DNA of 21,765 nucleotides, from the NCBI GenBank assembly GCA_027001995.1, contig JALTLO010000156.1:1-21765 (forward strand), read 5' to 3'. Below are positions 16,661 through 21,765 of this stretch, one piece after another. Each line of letters opens with the position of its first letter. The first letter of the stretch is position 1. A program made the translations under genes and the position numbers. This stretch comes from Planctomycetota bacterium. Its GTDB lineage: Bacteria > Planctomycetota > GCA-002687715 > DRQF01. Under the pieces are notes generated by a model that saw nothing but the letters and a program-made list of their open reading frames with translations, had not been told where the DNA came from and did not search any database.

Positions 16661-19600
16661 CTATCCCGCTGAAACGAGACTTCGCTTCAGATCTGACAAT
16701 TTGAAGGGTTTTTGGATGAAGCCAGCGAGATCCCGGCCGACGAAGCCAGCGGTGGCGTCGAGCTGGTTGTAGCCGCTCACCAAGATGATCCGGGCTTGAG
16801 GGTCAATCGCTTGAATCTCGTCAAACACCTGTCCTCCGCTCATCTTGGGCATGGTGAGATCGAGTAAGACATAGTCGAATCCGTCGAGTTTCTGCTTAAA
16901 TAGGGCAACGGCATCGTCGCCATCCTTCGCCAAAGTGACCCGCAGACCAAGGCTTTCGAGCATGGTCCTGCCCACATCCCGAATAGCAGGCTCATCGTCC
17001 GCCAGTAAGACCGTAGCGCCCATAAGGTCTGCCTCTTCCCTCAAAGGCAAAGGAGCCGGATCGAGGTCCCTTGAGTCAAGTCGAGATGCTGCTGGGAACA
17101 AGATAGTCACGGTCGTCCCTTCACCCACCGTACTCTCAACTTTGACGCCACCCTGATGACCTCTTGCGATTCCCAATACTGCCGCCATCCCCAGGCCTCG
17201 ACCGGTGAATTTGGTGGTAAAAAATGGATCGAAGAGCCGCTGAAGAGTGGCCTCGTCCATTCCCTGGCCATCGTCACTCACCTCCAAATAGACATAGGGC
17301 CCTTCCGGCCGCTCATTCACTCCTTCTGCGTCGGGCTGAGGCTGGGGTTGCAACTGACTCAAGAATCCACGAGAGCAGGACATAATTCCCGTACTAAGCT
17401 TGATGACTCCAACCTGATCACCAATGGCTTCAGAGGAGTTCGTGATCAGATTCATCACCACCTGGCGCAACTGCGTGACGTCACCTTCGAAATTGGGCAA
17501 AGCCTCCGCTAAGGAGATCTCAATGGCCACTTTCTTCGAAATTGACACATTCAGCATTTCGACCATTTCAGTGACCACATCATTGAGAGAGATGGGACGA
17601 ATAACGAACTTGCCTTTCCCCGAATAAGCGAGCATTTGCTGAGCCAAATCTGCGGCTCTTCGCGTCGACGTTTCAATGGCTTCTAGGTTTTCGAGGATCG
17701 GTGAATCCTCCTCGACACGATGAAGGGCGATATCCGCATGTCCAAGAATCGCCATCAAGATATTGTTGAAGTCATGAGCAATTCCGCCAGCCAAGACTCC
17801 CAAGCTTTCTAATTTCTGAGCATGCTGAACTTGACGCTCCAAGCTAATTCGCTCCCGTTCGTTCGCTTTACGCAAGGTGATATCCTGGATCGTCCCACTC
17901 AAGCGTGCTACCCGCTCATCTTCTATTTCTGGGTGGCAGATAACATGGACGCAACGCTTCTTCCCCAGCCCAGTCTCAAGGTTGAGTTCTAGGTCGAAGG
18001 ATTGGTGATTTTCGATAGCGTTTTCGATTTTGCTGGCGAAGCGCTCTTTATCTGCACCGATATAGTACTCCAAAGATTCCTCATAGGTCGGCGTGACGGC
18101 ACAAAGCACTTCGTGAATGCGAAACGTTTCATCGGTCCAACGTAGCTCCAAGGTGCTGGCGTCGAGTTCCCAGCCCCCCACACGAGCAACCTTCCCCGTA
18201 TCCGACAAGAATGCTTCACTTCTGGCCAGAGCTTCCTCAGCTCTCTTGCGGTCACTCAAATCAATGATGGCCACATAGACATGGGACCAATCCGGGGAAT
18301 CTGGAGCGATCAGCAGATTGATGACAACGTCCCGGTGCTCGCCAAAGATGGTCGAGAGGCTCGTTTCAAGAGAAAACCTTGTGGCCCCACTTGCCAAGGC
18401 GACTAGCTCTTCCTTAAACGCAACACGGGAATCAGCGTTGAATGTCAAGTGCAACGACGCCATCAATTCTTCTTTGGTCTTGGCAGAATGGAGATCAAGA
18501 GTTGAGCGATTCACATCCAATATTTTGACGTCCCGGACACAGAGATCAATGACTTCTGGGTTGGCATCGAAGTAGGCCCGAAAATCCTCAACTCCTGATT
18601 CTCTTAATTTCTCAAGCCGACATTTCACGGCGGAGAAATCTTCAAGCCAAAGACTCACAGGTGCCCCCTCAAAGAGCGAAGCCAAGCGGATTTCGTTCAA
18701 TTTTCCTTCAGTAATGTCGGTGAGAGAGCCAAAGTAACCGGTACAGCGCCCTTCCTTATCACGAACTGCTGCGGCTTTCCCCGCCACCCAAGTCAGTGAG
18801 CCATTGGGGGCGACAAAGCGATAACGAGAATCGAATTTCACACCGTCCCGAGCTGCCACGGTCCACTCCACGGCAATACGTGCGCGGTCATCCGGATGAA
18901 GTGTCTTCAGCCAGCCATCCCCCATGGCTTCTTCAGGAGTCAGCCCGGTCATCTGACACCAACGGTCATTGACATAGGTGTAGGAACCTTCGGCATCCGT
19001 ATGGAAAATTCCTACCAAAGCCACACTGGCAAAAACCGAAAACTGATCATCACGTTCAGCTTCCGCTTGCTCTGCACGAGCAACCCAAAGTGATTCTCGA
19101 TATTGAACCCAAACAAGACCGATGATGAGAAATCCCGCCAAAACAACGAGACCAACTATTTCGATGTCTGTCTCTGTTTCTATGGGTTGCACCGAGAAAA
19201 CAACACCCGCAGCCAGGTTGTCAACAGAGACCAAACGATAGACACTTTTGGGCAAGGGGACGGAATAGGTGCCGTCTGGAAGAGTGGTAATACTTTGGAC
19301 TCGATAGCCGGCCCCCGAACTTGGAGGAACAACTTCAGAGAGCAAGACCTCAGCATCGACAAAGCAAGAAACCGCTCCGATATCCCGATCGTTGGCGGGA
19401 GCCGCCACATGAAGGACAAAATACCGCCGCCCATCCCGGTCGTGAACGTTGCCATTCCATGTCGTATTGGCTGGGAGCAAGAATCGCTGCTGGGGAGGCA
19501 AGGACAACATCAGTGAGTCCAGAGAATTCCCTGCTCCCGGCTTCTCCACCCAAAGCTGCTCACCTTTGGCATCGGAGCAAACGATAGCTACCACAGAAGC

Positions 19601-19891
19601 GTGTTTTTCGGCGAAGTTACGGGCGATTCGACGCCATCCATCAGTTTCCAGCCCTCCGCCCTTCGCGCCATTGGCCAACGCCGCCATGCTGTTGGCCAGC
19701 TTACTGAGTCGCGCTCCCAGCTCTTTGTGCACGACGTTCGCTACAGAAGTCAGATGCTCTGCTGTCTTCTCCATCTTCCTGATGTGCAAAGACCACAGCA
19801 GTGCAAGTAAGACCACAAGAAAGGTCAATCCGCCCACAGCCGGCGAAAACCAACCACGGAACGTCCGCTTTCCTGGCTCAAATTCAGGCAT
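16661..19891 (-). CDS. Membrane-bound multi-PAS hybrid sensor histidine kinase with receiver domain
   Basis: Two TM helices, three PAS-like domains, H-box AGGIAHDFNNIL, QVVMNLITN, DDGQGM, FDPFFTTKFTGRGLGM; receiver VLLADDE...LLDLTMPKMSG...QKPF. Confidence 0.95.
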   Translation of the reverse strand: MPEFEPGKRTFRGWFSPAVGGLTFLVVLLALLWSLHIRKMEKTAEHLTSVANVVHKELGARLSKLANSMAALANGAKGGGLETDGWRRIARNFAEKHASVVAIVCSDAKGEQLWVEKPGAGNSLDSLMLSLPPQQRFLLPANTTWNGNVHDRDGRRYFVLHVAAPANDRDIGAVSCFVDAEVLLSEVVPPSSGAGYRVQSITTLPDGTYSVPLPKSVYRLVSVDNLAAGVVFSVQPIETETDIEIVGLVVLAGFLIIGLVWVQYRESLWVARAEQAEAERDDQFSVFASVALVGIFHTDAEGSYTYVNDRWCQMTGLTPEEAMGDGWLKTLHPDDRARIAVEWTVAARDGVKFDSRYRFVAPNGSLTWVAGKAAAVRDKEGRCTGYFGSLTDITEGKLNEIRLASLFEGAPVSLWLEDFSAVKCRLEKLRESGVEDFRAYFDANPEVIDLCVRDVKILDVNRSTLDLHSAKTKEELMASLHLTFNADSRVAFKEELVALASGATRFSLETSLSTIFGEHRDVVINLLIAPDSPDWSHVYVAIIDLSDRKRAEEALARSEAFLSDTGKVARVGGWELDASTLELRWTDETFRIHEVLCAVTPTYEESLEYYIGADKERFASKIENAIENHQSFDLELNLETGLGKKRCVHVICHPEIEDERVARLSGTIQDITLRKANERERISLERQVQHAQKLESLGVLAGGIAHDFNNILMAILGHADIALHRVEEDSPILENLEAIETSTRRAADLAQQMLAYSGKGKFVIRPISLNDVVTEMVEMLNVSISKKVAIEISLAEALPNFEGDVTQLRQVVMNLITNSSEAIGDQVGVIKLSTGIMSCSRGFLSQLQPQPQPDAEGVNERPEGPYVYLEVSDDGQGMDEATLQRLFDPFFTTKFTGRGLGMAAVLGIARGHQGGVKVESTVGEGTTVTILFPAASRLDSRDLDPAPLPLREEADLMGATVLLADDEPAIRDVGRTMLESLGLRVTLAKDGDDAVALFKQKLDGFDYVLLDLTMPKMSGGQVFDEIQAIDPQARIILVSGYNQLDATAGFVGRDLAGFIQKPFKLSDLKRSLVSAG

Positions 19892-20112
19892 GGAAAAAAA
19901 GATCCTAATTCCGGCGACAAACGTAATTCGCGATTTTTCAGTAGAGTGAATCTGTACTCAGAGGATACACTTTTGCCCAGAAGCAGTCCTCTCAATATTG
20001 TCTCTCCGGTCAATTGTCGGGACAATAATGTCCGAACGATGTGAAAATCATCGGGCACAATCGCCGAATAACGGAAGTCGTAAGTCCTAAAGCAAGTAAT
20101 GAAGTCACGATC

Positions 20113-20670
20113 ATGAATACCCTCGACATCCTTATTTTGGTCATCCTCGCGGCAAATGCTGTCTTAGGCGCTGTTCGAGGGGCTGCATGGCAAATCCTGC
20201 GTCTGGCTTCTATTTTCTTGGGCTTATGGGGTGCTGCGCGATACGGAGAAGAATTCCTGCGGCTCTTCCCCGCATCCTGGGGAATTTCTGAGGACTACGG
20301 CATCTATGTGGCCCGCGTTGTCCTCTTTCTTTGCGTCTATTTGATCATGTTTGGAGTGACGAATTTAGTCAAAGGAGCCATCCAAAAGGTCAAGTTGGGT
20401 TCCTTTGACCGAGGATTTGGGGCCCTCATTGGTGCAGCCAAAGGACTCATTTTTTGTACCGCGATTCTCTATCTCCAACTCACCCCCATCGGTGAAATCA
20501 CCGTGGTTCAAGACCACCTGAATGGAAATGAAGAGAAATCAATACCGCCCTCCATCGGCAACAAAATGTTCTTGAAATACGCTCGAGAACGGCTGGAAAA
20601 CGCCGTACCAAAAGATATTGAAGAGGTCATCGAGCGCAAGACGAAAGACCTCATCAAGAAATCCAAATGA
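20113..20670 (+). CDS. cvpA: CvpA (colicin V production) family membrane protein
   Basis: MNTLDILILVIL...GAVRG, four TM helices, LGSFDRGFGALIGAAKG; ATG 20113 preferred over GTG 20041. Confidence 0.85.
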   Translation: MNTLDILILVILAANAVLGAVRGAAWQILRLASIFLGLWGAARYGEEFLRLFPASWGISEDYGIYVARVVLFLCVYLIMFGVTNLVKGAIQKVKLGSFDRGFGALIGAAKGLIFCTAILYLQLTPIGEITVVQDHLNGNEEKSIPPSIGNKMFLKYARERLENAVPKDIEEVIERKTKDLIKKSK

Positions 20671-20691
20671 CAACTTTGGATTTCTCTTCCC

Positions 20692-21537
20692 TCAAGATTT
20701 GCCCGCCAATTCCTTCATCGCCGCATCCACATAGGCACGATGGGAAGCCGGGATGTGCTCCTCCATCTTATCCTGGAAAACACGAACTTCTTTGAAGAGT
20801 CGAAGGGCTTCTTCGGGGTCCTTGCCGTCGAGCTTGATAAGATCCGCCCGCTTCAGCAAGACATTCATGCGTTGTTCATCTCGGGCAGGAACCTCAAACT
20901 CTTCTACTTGAGCCCACATTTGAGCAGCCTCGTCGTGGCGGCCTGCAATTGCCAGAGCATTCCCCGCCTCTAAGAAAACTCCGTATTCATTGGCGAATTT
21001 GGGAAGCGAAGCAAGATGGAGACCAACCTTCTGCCACAAGACAAGAGCGTCCTTGGCCAAAGCTCCACGGACCTCTGCCGATTCAATGTTGGGGTTGACT
21101 CGAACTGGCTTTAGGACTGCGTGGTAGAAGAGCATACAGCTGGCCAGGAGATCTCCAGAATTTGGACAGCGATGGGCAAAGAGCTTCAACTCTTTGCTTG
21201 CCCTGACGTAGTCATCATTACTGTGATCCAGAAGGTAAAAGATCAACTGACTCCAGGCCTGGGGCCCAGCGGCAGTGTCGTAATACACATGTGCGATATC
21301 GACCAATTTCTCGATCTTCTGCACCGGGGACATTTCATTCGTCGCTTTGAGCAGATGAGCGGCTTTCTTCTCCCGCCGCAGTTGTTCCTGCTCATCAAGA
21401 ACGATGTTGGTCGATTTCTCCGAAGCCGCTTTTTGGGGACATCCCCCCAAGATCGCAACCCCAAGGAGGAGGGCAAATATCTTCAGGAAAGGGGTTCTGG
21501 CCATCTTCTTAGCCCAGTTGCGCGAGGGAGAGTCCAT
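20692..21537 (-). CDS. Hypothetical alpha-helical (TPR-like) lipoprotein; start may be 21504
   Basis: Signal peptide with lipobox-like ILGGC; TPR-like EAGNALAIAGRHDEAAQMW. Confidence 0.72.
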   Translation of the reverse strand: MDSPSRNWAKKMARTPFLKIFALLLGVAILGGCPQKAASEKSTNIVLDEQEQLRREKKAAHLLKATNEMSPVQKIEKLVDIAHVYYDTAAGPQAWSQLIFYLLDHSNDDYVRASKELKLFAHRCPNSGDLLASCMLFYHAVLKPVRVNPNIESAEVRGALAKDALVLWQKVGLHLASLPKFANEYGVFLEAGNALAIAGRHDEAAQMWAQVEEFEVPARDEQRMNVLLKRADLIKLDGKDPEEALRLFKEVRVFQDKMEEHIPASHRAYVDAAMKELAGKS

Positions 21538-21660
21538 CTTTTGTCCTGTCTGAATGAGGTCGTAAAGTCAATATTTGGTCAACAATCATGAAGCAAAACC
21601 AAGAAAATAACGTATCAATAGTATGATACCAACAACTTCGAACCGGGAGTCCAAAGCAAA

Positions 21661-21765
21661 ATGAAGGCCAGATTCAAATTCCTTGCTCTGAGCACCATGC
21701 TCATCATGGGCCTCTGCTTCAAATCTCAATCCATCTCTGCCCAAGTGAGATCAACAGATCAAGAT
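21661..21765 (+). CDS. 5' end of a probable secreted protein (partial)
   Basis: GGGAG upstream; MKARFKFLALSTMLIMGLCFKSQSISAQVRSTDQD is signal-peptide-like and open to the window edge. Confidence 0.55.
   Translation, partial: MKARFKFLALSTMLIMGLCFKSQSISAQVRSTDQD

Noticed and set aside
1..21765. Genome-wide UGA reassignment (code 4 or 25)
   Set aside because: TGA ends several full-length genes (both merR, TIGR00341, helicase, cvpA), occurs in ATGA overlaps, and is absent inside the other long genes.
1..21765. CRISPR array, transposase/integrase, intact tRNA/rRNA, selABCD, merA
   Set aside because: None seen in this window; the Sec machinery and merA would have to lie elsewhere.

Overview
Bacterial chromosomal segment in standard code 11: TGA ends many genes and TGG is used for Trp. 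The gene content is loosely suggestive of an uncultured Planctomycetota (inference only). The left ~8 kb is a heavy-metal region with two MerR-family regulators, each behind a long-spacer (19/20 bp) MerR-type promoter with a conserved dyad. Unit 1 is merR followed by an ORF the ORF track missed, fusing a CopZ-N-terminal-like Zn/[2Fe-2S] domain to a MerT-like transporter; it runs off the left edge. Unit 2 is merR, an outer-membrane beta-barrel, and an HMA-domain lipoprotein. In that lipoprotein the GMxCxxC motif reads G-M-E-TGA-T-P-TGA, so both cysteines are replaced by in-frame UGA codons, followed by two SECIS-like hairpins. This candidate double-selenocysteine (UxxU) metallochaperone is the most notable signal. 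The region also holds an HExxH protein, a pRiA4b ORF3-family protein and a Cys-rich lipoprotein. The rest is more ordinary: an ECF sigma/zinc anti-sigma pair, a spermidine-synthase-like methyltransferase, a matrixin peptidase, a TIGR00341/DUF389 protein, a DEAD-box helicase, a PAS hybrid histidine kinase, CvpA and a lipoprotein.
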